Origin: an uncultured Actinomycetota bacterium
GTDB taxonomy: Bacteria; Actinomycetota; Thermoleophilia; RBG-16-64-13
DNA: 64,000 bases
Reading direction: 5' to 3'
Assembly: GCA_963822135.1 (NCBI GenBank)
Contig: CAWGGI010000001.1
Location: 200,511-264,510, forward strand
Below the pieces are notes generated by a model. The model was not told the DNA's origin. It did no database searches and worked only from the letters and a program-made list of their open reading frames with translations. Positions within the stretch are counted from its first letter, which is position 1; every line of letters begins with the position of its first letter. The position numbers and the translations under genes were made by a program. Positions 6,974 to 17,219 of this stretch are shown one piece after another.

Positions 6974-9855
6974 CCGCCCTTCTCTCGGCGCTCCCAGACG
7001 CGGAGCACCCACTTCTGTATCTCGATGACCCAGAAGATCAGCGTGCTCAAAGCCACGGCTATGAGGATGTGGGTCACATCCAGGTTCTGCGTTCCGAAGA
7101 CGTCCTGCAGGAAGGGCACGTACAGCAGGGCGAACTGGAGCAGCGTGGTGAGTACGACCGCGCCGAAGAGCAGGCGGTTGGAGAGCAGCCCGGTGCGGAA
7201 CAGCGACTCCCGCTCCTGACGGATCGCGAGCACATGTCCCATCTGAGAGAGGGTGAGCACCGTGAACAACATCGTCTGCCACGCCTCGTCTCCGGCCCGC
7301 CAGTAGAGCCAACCCGTCACGAGCGCGATGATGCCCATGAGGGGACCCGCCCACATGATGTGGGTCCCCAGGCCTCTTGCGAAGATGCTCTCGTTCGGCC
7401 GGTTGGGCCTGCGATCCATGACGTTGGGCTCCGGCGGCTCGAAGCCCAGTGCGAGACCGGGAAGACCGTCCGTGACCAGGTTCATCCAGAGGATCTGGAG
7501 GGGGAGCAGGGGCAACGGCATCCCGAACAGCGGGGCAAGGAGCATCACCGTCAGCTCGCCCACGTTGGTCGCCATCAGGTACTTGATGAACTTACGGATG
7601 TTGTCGTAGATGGCCCGGCCTTCCTTGACCGCGGCCACGATGGTGGCGAAGTTGTCGTCCATCAGGACCATGTCGGCGGCTTCTTTGGCCACGTCGGTGC
7701 CGGTGATCCCCATGGCCACCCCGATGTCGGCTTTCTGCAGCGCAGGCGCGTCGTTGACCCCGTCACCGGTCATGGCGACGATATGCCCCCGCTCCTGGAG
7801 AGCCTGGACGATGTTCAGCTTCTGCTCCGGCGCCACCCGCGCGAAGACGGAGATGCCGTCGACCGTCGTGCTCAGTTGCTCCACGGACAGTGCCGCCAAC
7901 TGGGTGCCCGTCAGGACCCTGGCCGTATCCCCTCCGCCTGCGTCGCCGTTCCCGTCGCCGGCCGGCTCCTCGTCGCCGAGGATGCCCACCTGCCGGGCGA
8001 TAGCGGCGGCGGTAAGAGGTTGGTCGCCGGTTATCATGACCGGCCGGATGCCCGCGCGGCTGGCTGTAAGGACGGCTTCCCGGGCTTCTTCGCGAGCCGG
8101 GTCGATCATGCCGATGAGTCCCACCAGCACCAGGTCGCGCTCCCACCGGTCCTGGTCGGCGGGCACGGCGGCGGAGTCCTCGCTCGGCGCCATCCGGAAG
8201 CCCACTGCCAGCACCCGCATGCCCTGGGCGGCCAGTGCGGAGTTGGCCTTCTCGACCGCGTTTCGATCGGATTGCCCGAGCGGCACGACACGGGCTCCGT
8301 CCCAGTACGAAATGGCGAGGGGCAACAGTGCCTCGGGCGCGCCCTTGGTGAACGAGACGTGCGCCTCGTCGTGCGCCGCGCCGGCCGCGCCGCCGCCGGC
8401 CGCGCCGCTCTCAGTCACATAGGCCGTCAAGGCCCGAAGGCCCTCCACGCCGGCCACCGACTCTGGGGCGATGGAGTGGATCGTGGTCATGAGCTTGCGC
8501 TCCGAATCGAACGGGATCTCCCCGACGCGCGGGAACGCTTTCTCCAGGTCGGTCTTGAGCATACCCAGGTGGATCCCCGCGACCACGATGGCGCTCTCGG
8601 TCGGGTCGCCGATCGCCCGGAAGGTGCTCGCCGCCGGATCTTCGCAGGCATCATCGGTCGCGCTGGTCATGAGGATGGAGTCGTTGCACAGCGTCCCCGC
8701 CGCGACCAACACGCCCACGGCCGGTTTGCCGCTCAGAAGCGGAGCCTCGTCGCCCGCCTCCACGCAGGCGAGCGGGGCCATGCGTCCCTGTCTCATCTCC
8801 TCCTGCAGGTCGACCTCGTGGCCGGCCACGTCCAGGATCACCACCGTCATGCGGTTCTCGGTGAGCGTGCCCGTCTTGTCCGAGCAGATGACCGTGACCG
8901 AGCCCAGGGTCTCCACGGCCGGCAGCTTGCGGATCAGAGCCTTGCGTCGCAGCATGCGCTGCGCGCCCAACGACAGCGCCACGGTCACGATGGCCGGCAG
9001 TCCTTCCGGCACTGCGGCGACAGCCATGCTCACCGCTGTGAGGAACATGATGCGCAGTTCCTCGCCCCGAAGCAGGCCGGTGACGAAGATGATGATCACC
9101 AGCACCAGCGCGGCTATCGCCAGCCACCGTCCGAGTTGGGCCAGCCGTCTTTGGAGCGGGGTGCGGTTCTGCTTGACGCCTTGGACCATGCCCGCGATCT
9201 TGCCGAGTTCCGTATCCATACCGGTGGCGCTGACCAGGGCCTCGCCCCTACCGTACGAGGCGGCGGTGCCCATGAAGAGCATGTTCAGCCGGTCGCCGAG
9301 GGCGACGTCCTGCTGGTGCAGGGGCTCGACCGTCTTCTCCACCGGCTCCGATTCACCGGTGAGGGCCGCCTCCTGGGTGCGCAGGCTCGCCGACTGCAGA
9401 AGCCGGCAGTCCGCGGGCACCACGTTGCCCGCCTCGATGAGGACTATGTCACCGGGCACAAGGTCGGCGGCCGGGACCTCCCGGACCTCGGCTCCCCGCC
9501 TTACCCTCACCACCGGAGCGGCCAGCTTGCGCAGCGCCATCATCGTCTGTTCGGCCTTGTACTCCTGCCTGAAGCCGAGGGCTCCGTTCAGGATGACGAT
9601 GGCCATGATCACGATCGCATCCTCGTAGTCGCCCAGGATCGCGGAGATGATGGCCGCTACGATCAGGATGATGATCAGCAGCGACGTGAACTGCTCGGCG
9701 AGGATCCGCCATGGGCTCTTGGTATGGGCCTCGGTCAGCTCGTTGGGACCATGCTCCGCCAGCCGCCGCGCAGCCTCTTCCTCCGTGAGGCCTTCGTGGG
9801 CGCTCTGTGCCTGTTCGAGCGCTTCCTCAGTGGTGAGGCGGTACCAATCGGTCAC
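6955..9855 (-). CDS. Cation-transporting P-type ATPase, type IIA (Ca2+-ATPase-like)
   Basis: Intact 966-aa ORF with TGESEPV, ICSDKTGTLT (phosphorylation DKTGT), MTGDGVNDAPAL, about 10 TM segments, and a PNELTE N-terminal cation-ATPase domain. Confidence 0.9.
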   Translation of the reverse strand: MTDWYRLTTEEALEQAQSAHEGLTEEEAARRLAEHGPNELTEAHTKSPWRILAEQFTSLLIIILIVAAIISAILGDYEDAIVIMAIVILNGALGFRQEYKAEQTMMALRKLAAPVVRVRRGAEVREVPAADLVPGDIVLIEAGNVVPADCRLLQSASLRTQEAALTGESEPVEKTVEPLHQQDVALGDRLNMLFMGTAASYGRGEALVSATGMDTELGKIAGMVQGVKQNRTPLQRRLAQLGRWLAIAALVLVIIIFVTGLLRGEELRIMFLTAVSMAVAAVPEGLPAIVTVALSLGAQRMLRRKALIRKLPAVETLGSVTVICSDKTGTLTENRMTVVILDVAGHEVDLQEEMRQGRMAPLACVEAGDEAPLLSGKPAVGVLVAAGTLCNDSILMTSATDDACEDPAASTFRAIGDPTESAIVVAGIHLGMLKTDLEKAFPRVGEIPFDSERKLMTTIHSIAPESVAGVEGLRALTAYVTESGAAGGGAAGAAHDEAHVSFTKGAPEALLPLAISYWDGARVVPLGQSDRNAVEKANSALAAQGMRVLAVGFRMAPSEDSAAVPADQDRWERDLVLVGLIGMIDPAREEAREAVLTASRAGIRPVMITGDQPLTAAAIARQVGILGDEEPAGDGNGDAGGGDTARVLTGTQLAALSVEQLSTTVDGISVFARVAPEQKLNIVQALQERGHIVAMTGDGVNDAPALQKADIGVAMGITGTDVAKEAADMVLMDDNFATIVAAVKEGRAIYDNIRKFIKYLMATNVGELTVMLLAPLFGMPLPLLPLQILWMNLVTDGLPGLALGFEPPEPNVMDRRPNRPNESIFARGLGTHIMWAGPLMGIIALVTGWLYWRAGDEAWQTMLFTVLTLSQMGHVLAIRQERESLFRTGLLSNRLLFGAVVLTTLLQFALLYVPFLQDVFGTQNLDVTHILIAVALSTLIFWVIEIQKWVLRVWERREKGGAGERA

Positions 9856-9953
9856 GTGCTCTCGCTTTCAGTCAGGGGCGGGCGCAGCGCTCGCGCCTCG
9901 TCGGACCCCGCTGGGCCGGTCACGTCCAGTCTAAACCAACGTGCGCACGGCGA

Positions 9954-10841
9954 TCACCTGGGCGCGGTAGCGGTGAGAGAGAACATCAGCGGGATGCGGG
10001 TCATGCCTTCCGGGAGCCGGTAGCGGCCCTGCTCATCTTTGGTCATCCAGGGGAACCAGCGCCAGAACAGGTAATCGTACTCACGGAGGCTGGTGATGAT
10101 GAGGCCCGCCTCTGTCAGCGCTCCGACGATCTCGTCGAAGGGGTGCTGCCAGGAGTGGGACACGCCCCGGAAATCGGCATCGGGCACCGCGTAGGAACCC
10201 TTCTCCTCATAGCGCAGCGCTTCACGGCTGAAGTAGTCGAAACGGAGACGCAGTTCCGGCTCCGCGATCTCGTCGTCGAACATCCAGGTGAAGGGGTGGG
10301 AGTCGGCGATGAAGAAGGAGCCTCCTCCGCGAAGAGTGGCGGCTACCGTCCTGGCCCAGGGACGTAGATCCGGCAGCCACGAGATGACGCCGTGCGACGT
10401 GAAGACCACGTCGAACCGGTCGCCGGCAAGCGCGGCCACCACTGCTTCGGTATCGGTGACGTCGGCCTGCTCGAAGCGGGCCTCGAGCCCGACCTCGCGC
10501 GCCAGGCGCCGCGCATGAGCCACGGCCTTCTCGGAGAAGTCGATCCCCGTGACCCGCGCGCCCCGCCGGGCCCAGGACAGCGTATCGAGGCCGAAATGGC
10601 ACTGGAGGTGGAGTAGCGATCGATCCCGGATCTCGCCTACCGACCCCATCACGCCGTCCACCTCGACCGCATCGAGCGTCTCCCGGCCTTGCTTGAAGCC
10701 CTCGACGTCATAGAAGTCGCTGGGGATGTGAAGCTCGGTCCAGCCGTCCCAGAGCTCCTGGTTGGCGCGTACGAGCGCGGCCGCACTACCCGCCGCGTCC
10801 GGTTCGACGCTTTCTGGGTGGTCGTATTTCATGCCGGTCAT
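9954..10841 (-). CDS. Class I SAM-dependent methyltransferase
   Basis: MTGMKYDHPES...VTGIDFSEKAVAHARRL...RFDVVFTSHGVISWLPD (methyltransferase motifs I and post-I). The ORF track starts at 11018, but the likely start is the internal ATG because purC begins at 10963 on the other strand. Confidence 0.7.
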   Translation of the reverse strand: MTGMKYDHPESVEPDAAGSAAALVRANQELWDGWTELHIPSDFYDVEGFKQGRETLDAVEVDGVMGSVGEIRDRSLLHLQCHFGLDTLSWARRGARVTGIDFSEKAVAHARRLAREVGLEARFEQADVTDTEAVVAALAGDRFDVVFTSHGVISWLPDLRPWARTVAATLRGGGSFFIADSHPFTWMFDDEIAEPELRLRFDYFSREALRYEEKGSYAVPDADFRGVSHSWQHPFDEIVGALTEAGLIITSLREYDYLFWRWFPWMTKDEQGRYRLPEGMTRIPLMFSLTATAPR

Positions 10842-10962
10842 GCTAACACCCTGTGCCTGCGGTAGAGTGGGGGCCTGCGGCCGGCCGCCGCGCGCCGGCG
10901 CCCGGTTGCGGGCCGGCCGTGAGCGGTAGCCTGGGTGGTCTGCGATCAGGGAGGACGGGGCG

Positions 10963-11865
10963 ATGCCAGCGATGTTCGAGTCAGAGGAGCGGGGTCTTCC
11001 CCTTCTTCGCCGGGGCAAGGTCCGGGACGTCTATCGGCCGAGCGAGGAGCACCTGCTCATCGTGGCCTGCGACCGCATCTCCGCGTTCGACCACGTGCTG
11101 CCCACGCCCATCCCCGACAAGGGCAGGATCCTCACCCAGATCTCCAACTTCTGGTTCGAGAAGTCCGCCCACATCATCCCCAACCACATCGTGGATCCCA
11201 ACCCGGGCCCCCAGTGGTATCCGGATCTCGACTGGTACTATCCGGACCTCGACGGGCGCACCGTGCTCGTGCGCAGCACGGCCCCCCTGGTGATCGAGGC
11301 CATCGTGCGCGGATACCTGTCCGGGTCGGGCTGGAAGGAGTACCAGAAGACCGGGTCGGTCTGCGGGATCGCTTTGCCCGGCGGCCTGACGGAATCGGCG
11401 CAGCTGCCCGAGGCGATCTTCACTCCGTCGACCAAGGCGCAGTCGGGGCACGACGAGAACATCTCGTTCGAGCAGGCGGCTGCGCTCATCGGCTCGGAGC
11501 TTGCCGAAAAGGTCCGTGACACCAGCTTGGCGCTCTACCGCTTCGCGGCGGCGCACGCGCTCGAACGGGGCATCATCATCGCCGACACCAAGTTCGAGTT
11601 CGGTCTCCTGGGGGGCGGCGCCCAGCCCGGGGGCGGCGAACTCATCCTCATCGACGAGATGCTGACGCCGGACTCGTCACGCTTCTGGCCGGCCGAGGAC
11701 TACGAGCCCGGACGCTCCCAGGCCAGCTTCGACAAGCAGTACGTGCGCGACTACCTGGAAGCCATCAAGTGGGACAAGGAGCCGCCGGCCCCGCCGCTAC
11801 CCACCGAGGTAGTGGAGAAGACCCGGGAGAAGTACTGGGAGGCCGTGCGGCGGCTCACGGCCTAG
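10963..11865 (+). CDS. purC: Phosphoribosylaminoimidazole-succinocarboxamide synthase (SAICAR synthetase)
   Basis: 300 aa; RGKVRDVY...LLIVACDRISAFD...ADTKFEFG...FDKQYVRDYLE. GGGAGGA RBS. Confidence 0.9.
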   Translation: MPAMFESEERGLPLLRRGKVRDVYRPSEEHLLIVACDRISAFDHVLPTPIPDKGRILTQISNFWFEKSAHIIPNHIVDPNPGPQWYPDLDWYYPDLDGRTVLVRSTAPLVIEAIVRGYLSGSGWKEYQKTGSVCGIALPGGLTESAQLPEAIFTPSTKAQSGHDENISFEQAAALIGSELAEKVRDTSLALYRFAAAHALERGIIIADTKFEFGLLGGGAQPGGGELILIDEMLTPDSSRFWPAEDYEPGRSQASFDKQYVRDYLEAIKWDKEPPAPPLPTEVVEKTREKYWEAVRRLTA

Positions 11866-11880
11866 GGACGCCGGCGCGCT

Positions 11881-13149
11881 CTAGCGCCTCCGGCGCTTGC
11901 TGCCGTTGTAGACCAGGCGGGGCTTGGGCTTTTTGGCCGTCCGCTCGGGATTCGGGATCAGCCTCTCCATGTAAGCGAAGCCGTCCAGGTCGCGGCAGGG
12001 CAAGGGTTCGCCCAGCATGACTTCGATCTCGCGCAGCTCGCCGACCTGCTCGGCCGCGAGGAAGCTGATCGCCGTGCCGGAGGCGCCGGCGCGGGCCGTG
12101 CGACCGATGCGGTGCACGTAGTCCTGCGCCTGGGCGGGGAGGTCGTAGTTGATGACGTGGGAGATCTTGTCCACGTCGATGCCCCTGGCCACGATGTCGG
12201 TGGCGACCAGCACGCGGTAGGTGCCCTTCTTGAAGCCGTCGAGAGCATGCTGCCGCTGCGACTGGCTGCGGTTCGAGTGGATGGCCGCGCCCCTGATGCG
12301 GCTGCGCTCCAGATGGCGGCAGACCCGGTCGGCGCGGTGCTTGGTGCGTGTGAACACGAGGACCCGATCGAGGTTCTCCTCTTCGAGCAGGCGTACAAGA
12401 AGGTCCGTTTTCTGGGCCTCAGCGACCGGGTAGATCGCCTGGCTGACCCCTTCGACGGTAGTAGCCGCGGGAGCGACTTCCACCCGGATGGGGTCGTCCA
12501 GGACAGGTCCGGCGATCCGCATCACGTCGTTCGTCAGGGTGGCGGAGAACAGCATGTTCTGCCGCTTTGCCGGCAGCAGGTTCATGATCCGGCGCACGTC
12601 GGGCCAGAAGCCCATGTCGAGCATCCGGTCGGCCTCGTCGAGGACGAGTATCTCGACCTGCGAAAGGTCCAGCTCGCGGCGCTGCTGGAGGTCGAGCAGA
12701 CGGCCGGGCGTCGCCACGAGGAGGTCGACTCCGCGGCGCAGCTTCTTGAGCTGCGGCTCGTAGCCCACGCCACCGTACACGGCGGCGACGTGCTGCCCGG
12801 TGAACCTGGCGCATGCCACCGCTACCTCCTCGATCTGGCCGGCCAGCTCGCGGGTGGGCGTGACCACCAAGGTGCGGATAGGGGGCTTCGAGGGTCTGGC
12901 GCCATTGCCCGAGCCATTGCCCGAGCCGTTGCCCGAAGCGGCCGCGGCAGCTGTGGCGCCGGTGAGTTGCAGTGCGGGCAGGATGAAGGCGGCCGTCTTG
13001 CCGGTGCCGGTCTGCGCGCAGCCAAGGATGTCATGGCCAGTCAGCGCCACGGGGATGGCCTGTTCCTGGATGGGGGTCGGTTCGGTGTAGCCAAGGCTGT
13101 CTACAGCCTTGAGGAGGCCTGGTTTCAGGCCCAATTCGGCGAAACTCAT
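11881..13149 (-). CDS. DEAD-box ATP-dependent RNA helicase
   Basis: MSFAELGL...Q motif (TPIQEQAIP), AQTGTGKTAAF (Walker A), VLDEADRMLDMGF (DEAD), SAT, HRIGRTARAG; Gly/Ser/Asn-rich insertion. AAGGAG RBS before MSF. A TATAAT about 120 nt upstream implies a long 5' UTR. Confidence 0.9.
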   Translation of the reverse strand: MSFAELGLKPGLLKAVDSLGYTEPTPIQEQAIPVALTGHDILGCAQTGTGKTAAFILPALQLTGATAAAAASGNGSGNGSGNGARPSKPPIRTLVVTPTRELAGQIEEVAVACARFTGQHVAAVYGGVGYEPQLKKLRRGVDLLVATPGRLLDLQQRRELDLSQVEILVLDEADRMLDMGFWPDVRRIMNLLPAKRQNMLFSATLTNDVMRIAGPVLDDPIRVEVAPAATTVEGVSQAIYPVAEAQKTDLLVRLLEEENLDRVLVFTRTKHRADRVCRHLERSRIRGAAIHSNRSQSQRQHALDGFKKGTYRVLVATDIVARGIDVDKISHVINYDLPAQAQDYVHRIGRTARAGASGTAISFLAAEQVGELREIEVMLGEPLPCRDLDGFAYMERLIPNPERTAKKPKPRLVYNGSKRRRR

Positions 13150-13529
13150 AAGTTGTTCGGCTCCTTGCCGTGCTCTCTCTGGAGGCACCGCGGTCATAGA
13201 CGCAGTTGATCCAGTCGAGGTCTTGGGAAAGAGCGCGGGGACAACCGAGTCTCGTATAGTGTTGACGCATTATAGCCCAGAACGCCCGGAGGCGTCCCGG
13301 GAGGCCTCCGGGCGGCCGGCGTGGCCGCGATGCCGGTCGAGGCGCGGGCTACCCCGTCCCGGCTGGGCGGCGCGCCCGGCGACCACTCATGCCGTCCCAG
13401 CCCCGCGTCATTCCCGGCCCAATCCTAGCCTCCTGACCAGTCCGAAAAACCCCCTCCTGGCGGATTCCTGCTCGGCGCCCGGAGTCGACAATGGGAGTGC
13501 AAGGTACATGCGGACGAGGAGCGACTCCA

Positions 13530-15140
13530 ATGAAGAGCGGGCTTGGTGAAGTCTTCCGGAATCGTGGCTTCCGCCTGCTGTGGACCGGCGAGGCCATCTC
13601 TCTTCTCGGCGATCAGTTCTACCTCATCGCCCTGCCGTGGCTCGTTCTCAAACTCACCGGGAACGCCTTCGCCATCGGGACGGTGCTCGCGCTCGTGGCC
13701 ATCCCGCGCGCGGTGTTCATGCTGGTCGGCGGGGCGCTCACCGATCGGCTTTCTCCCCGCATCATCATGCTCTGCTCGAACCTGAGCCGCATGGTCCTGG
13801 TGTCGGTACTCGCTCTGCTCACCATGACCGGCTCGATCGAACTGTGGATGCTCTACACCCTCGCCCTGCTCTTCGGCCTCGCCGACGCCTTCTTCTACCC
13901 GGCCCAGTCCGCGATGATCCCCCGGTTGCTGGGAGCCGACCGCCTGCAGACGGGCAACGCTCTCATACAGGGCACCGCCCAACTCTCGGTGTTTCTCGGG
14001 CCGGTCCTCGCCGGTCTCCTCATAGCTCTGCTGGACGGCTCCGGGGCGGCCGGCGCTTCGGCTTCCGTGGGGACTGCCGCCGCGCCTGCGCTGTGGGGGA
14101 TAGGGCTGGCGTTCGCCATCGACGCCGCGAGCTTCCTCGCCTCTGCCGTCACGCTGTGGATGATCCAGCTGCCGGCGACCCCGGCGTCGAGCACGGCCGG
14201 TGTCGCCGCCCCGGTCGCCGACGCGATCCCGACCCGGGCTGCCACGGCCGCCGAGGCGACCCCGACCTCGGCCGCGACCCTTGCCGCGACCCCTACCGCC
14301 GACACCAGACCCGGCCTCTTCTCGTCGATCGGCGACGGTCTTGCGCTGGTCTGGAAGGACAGGGCTCTGCGCTACTACTTCGGCCTCATCGCCGTGGTGA
14401 ACCTGTTCATGACCGGTCCGATCTCGGTGGGCATCCCGGTGCTTGCCGATGCCCGTTATGCCGGCGGCGCCGCGGCCTTCGGCGTGATCCTCTCGGCCTT
14501 CGGCGGCGGCTCGCTGACCGGCGTGATCATCGCCGGCGCGAGGCCCCGACCCTCGGCGCGCCGCTTCCCGATGCTCATGCTGGGACTCACCGCCGGCATG
14601 GGGATCGGCCTGGCACTCCTCGGTGTCCTCTCGTCCGTGGTGCCCGCGGCCATCGTGGCCTGTCTCATGGGGCTGGGCCAGGGCTACGTGGTGATCCAGT
14701 TCGTCACGTGGCTGCAGCTGCGCACCGAGCCACACATGCTGGGACGGATGATGAGCGTGCTTCTGTTCGCGGTGGTCGGGCTCTCTCCGCTGTCGAGCAC
14801 CCTAGCGGGGGCGCTGATCCAGTGGAACGCGTCCGCGGTGCTGGTGGGCGCAGGCCTGCTGATGACCGCGGTGGTGGCTCTGGCCGCGCTCAGCCCTTCG
14901 GTGTGGCGTCTGGGCGCCGATACCGCGGAAGGCGTGGAAGGCGCGCAAAGCGCTGCGGACGAGGCTTGGGCGGCTGCGCTCCGGCGGATCGCGCTGCGCC
15001 CGGTACGCCCGCCGGCTGCGGCCCGCGCGGCGGCGACGCGCCCGGCGATCGCAGCGGCCGCCCCGCCGGCAGGCACTCCGGCCATCGTCACGGCTCTGCC
15101 TCGCCACGGTGTGGCTGAACTGCCGGATCTGGCGGCCTGA
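13530..15140 (+). CDS. MFS transporter (DHA3/EntS-like)
   Basis: MKSGLGEVFRNRGFRLLWTGEAISLLGDQFYLIALPWLVL..., 12 predicted TM segments, and an Ala/Thr-rich central loop. GAGGAG RBS. Confidence 0.8.
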   Translation: MKSGLGEVFRNRGFRLLWTGEAISLLGDQFYLIALPWLVLKLTGNAFAIGTVLALVAIPRAVFMLVGGALTDRLSPRIIMLCSNLSRMVLVSVLALLTMTGSIELWMLYTLALLFGLADAFFYPAQSAMIPRLLGADRLQTGNALIQGTAQLSVFLGPVLAGLLIALLDGSGAAGASASVGTAAAPALWGIGLAFAIDAASFLASAVTLWMIQLPATPASSTAGVAAPVADAIPTRAATAAEATPTSAATLAATPTADTRPGLFSSIGDGLALVWKDRALRYYFGLIAVVNLFMTGPISVGIPVLADARYAGGAAAFGVILSAFGGGSLTGVIIAGARPRPSARRFPMLMLGLTAGMGIGLALLGVLSSVVPAAIVACLMGLGQGYVVIQFVTWLQLRTEPHMLGRMMSVLLFAVVGLSPLSSTLAGALIQWNASAVLVGAGLLMTAVVALAALSPSVWRLGADTAEGVEGAQSAADEAWAAALRRIALRPVRPPAAARAAATRPAIAAAAPPAGTPAIVTALPRHGVAELPDLAA

Positions 15141-15168
15141 CGCAGAATCTGAGCCGCCGGGCGGTGCC

Positions 15169-15203
15169 GGAGGAGCCGAGAAGGCTCCTCAGACGTTTTC
15201 GCC
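15169..15203. terminator. Intrinsic-terminator-like hairpin between convergent genes
   Basis: GGAGGAGCC-gagaa-GGCTCCTC (8-9 bp stem) followed by agacgTTTTcgcc; lies between the MFS end (15140) and the amidohydrolase end (15231). Confidence 0.45.
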
Positions 15204-15230
15204 CGGCGGCCTCCCCCCCAAAAACCAGAC

Positions 15231-16254
15231 TTAGAGCCCGAACCCCAAGCGGGTGGGGTTCTCGTGATAGAGCTTGACCTCGTCCTCCGGCGACATCCCC
15301 ACCGTTCCCAAGAACTCTTCGATCTCGGTGGTCGTCTCGAAGGGGTAGTCGGAGCCCAGGCAGATGCGGTCCATCCCCAGCGCCTCCTTCGTGCAGTGGA
15401 AGGCCGCCGCCAGATAGTTGCCGCTGGTGGTGACGTACACGTTCTCGGCCAGGTACTCACTGGGACGCTTCTTGATCCTCGGCATCGAACCCGATCCCTT
15501 GGGCACGTGGTACTGCAGGAACGAGCGGTCCACGCGCTTGAGCAGGAAGGGAAGGGCTTCGCCGTAGTGGCCAAGAATGATCGTCAATCTTCGGGAATGC
15601 ATCGAACACCCCGCTCAGGATGAGACGCATCATCACGATGGAGGTCTCGACCCCGAACCCGAAGCTGGGCCCGGCCAGGGCGAGGCCGTATTCCGTGAGT
15701 TGACGGATGATCGGGAAGGTGGGGTGGAGGTAGACGGGAACGTCCAGCTCCTCGGCCTTGGCCAGGATGGGCCAGTAGCGCTTGTCGTCGAGGTAGGAGT
15801 CGCCGAAGTTGGAGTGGGTGTTCCAGCCTCTGAAGCCCAGTTCCTTGACGCAGCGCTCCAGTTCCCTCACCGCTTCGTCGGGCTCGCGTACACCGAGTGT
15901 CGCGAAACCCAGATAGCGGGTGGGGTGCCGGTCTACCGCCTCGGCCAGCCTGTCGTTGGCGTCCTTCGCGATGGCGGTCGCGACTCTCGGCTCCAGCACC
16001 TCCGGCGCCGGCGCAGTATGAGACAGGACTGCCACGTCGATGCCCACCGCGTCCATGGCGGCGATGCGCATGTCGTCCACATCCAGAAGGCGGTCGACCA
16101 GGGCGTCGCCGAAGGGCTGCCAGTAGTCGGCGCCGTGGTAGACGTGGCGCTCACCAGTGTCCTTGTCGTCCACGAACCGGGGATAGCCCGGGTTGTTGTA
16201 GACGGCTTCCACGTACTTCTCGGTGGCGAAATGGTTCTCCAGATCGATCTTCAT
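15231..16254 (-). CDS. Amidohydrolase_2 (ACMSD/non-oxidative decarboxylase) family protein, single +1 insertion near 15595
   Basis: MKIDLENHF...HTAPAPEV...ELGFRGWNTHSNFGDSYLDDKRYWPILAKAEELDVPVYLHP...GVFDAFPK in the ORF 15457..16254 frame. LTIILGHYGEALPFLLKRVDR...TTSGNYLAAAF...GSDYPFE follows in the ORF 15231..15602 frame. It is a paralog of the intact gene at 24173..25186; one extra A sits between the codons for K and L. Confidence 0.75.
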
Positions 16255-16306
16255 CCAACCTCGTCCTTCACAGTCGTGTCGGTCGCGGTGCCCCGCGCCG
16301 ACTTGC

Positions 16307-16945
16307 TCAGGTCGCGGCGCCGGTCGAGGCGCCAGGCGTGGCGATACTGGCCAGGATGCGCTCGAGCATCTGCTGGCCGCGGTTCGTGTTGACGTATTCG
16401 TTGAGTCCCATCAGATACGAGATGTCCTGGGCCCAGTACACGCCCACCAACTCCCACGCGATCTGCGAGGTGTCCACGTCGGGCTGCACCAGTCCCTGCC
16501 GCTTGCCCTCCCGGAGGATGGCCGACAGGCTCTCGATGGCCGCACGCTGGCGCAGGGCCAACTCCTCGCGCAGGCCGCACTCGGGAGGAGCGGCTACGAA
16601 TTCGAAAAGCGGGTAGACGAAGCCCTCCGCGTCGTCGGCGATGATCCGCGAATGGTAGCGGCCGATGGCGCGCAGCCTCTCCAGGGCGTTTTCTTCGTCG
16701 GCCGAATGGATGACCTTGAAGACCCGCTCGTAGACGAGATCCATGGCTGCCAGCAGTATCTCGGTGCGGCTGGCGAAGTGGCGGTATAGCGTGGCCTCGG
16801 AGACCCCGGCCGCCGCAGCTATCTGCGACGTCGTGGTTGCCTGGACCCCATGGCGGGCGACCAGGCCCATCGTCACCTCGACGATCTGCTGCCGGCGCTC
16901 CGGGGCGGTCATGCGGCGAGATCCACTGACCGAAGTCGATTTCAT
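16307..16945 (-). CDS. TetR/AcrR family transcriptional regulator
   Basis: RRQQIVEVTMGLVARHGVQATTTSQIAAAAGVSEATLYRHF (TetR N-terminal HTH). Confidence 0.8.
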   Translation of the reverse strand: MKSTSVSGSRRMTAPERRQQIVEVTMGLVARHGVQATTTSQIAAAAGVSEATLYRHFASRTEILLAAMDLVYERVFKVIHSADEENALERLRAIGRYHSRIIADDAEGFVYPLFEFVAAPPECGLREELALRQRAAIESLSAILREGKRQGLVQPDVDTSQIAWELVGVYWAQDISYLMGLNEYVNTNRGQQMLERILASIATPGASTGAAT

Positions 16946-17219
16946 GCGGGCATCGTAACGTATTTCGGCCAGAGAAGTACCAACGAAGTGAGCGATCACT
17001 CCGGAAGCCACGGGCAGCCAAGCGTGCAACCTCGTTGCACTCTTTTGCTGTCTCATACGTTACAACGAGGGTCGGCCGCGGGTACGAAGGTTAGAGGCGC
17101 GGCGTCCGGAGCGCATCCGCGGCGGGACGGCAAACCTGCCTCGGGGGCGAGCGCCCGGCGGCGGGTCCGTCCCCGGCGCGCTATAGTCATTGCTGGAGAG
17201 GTCAGTGGATCGGAGGGGA

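Noticed and set aside
7069-10023. 984-aa plus-strand ORF antisense to the P-type ATPase
   Set aside because: Low-complexity R/G/H/D-rich translation with no recognisable motifs, while the opposite strand encodes a textbook ATPase. Long antisense ORFs are expected at 70% GC.
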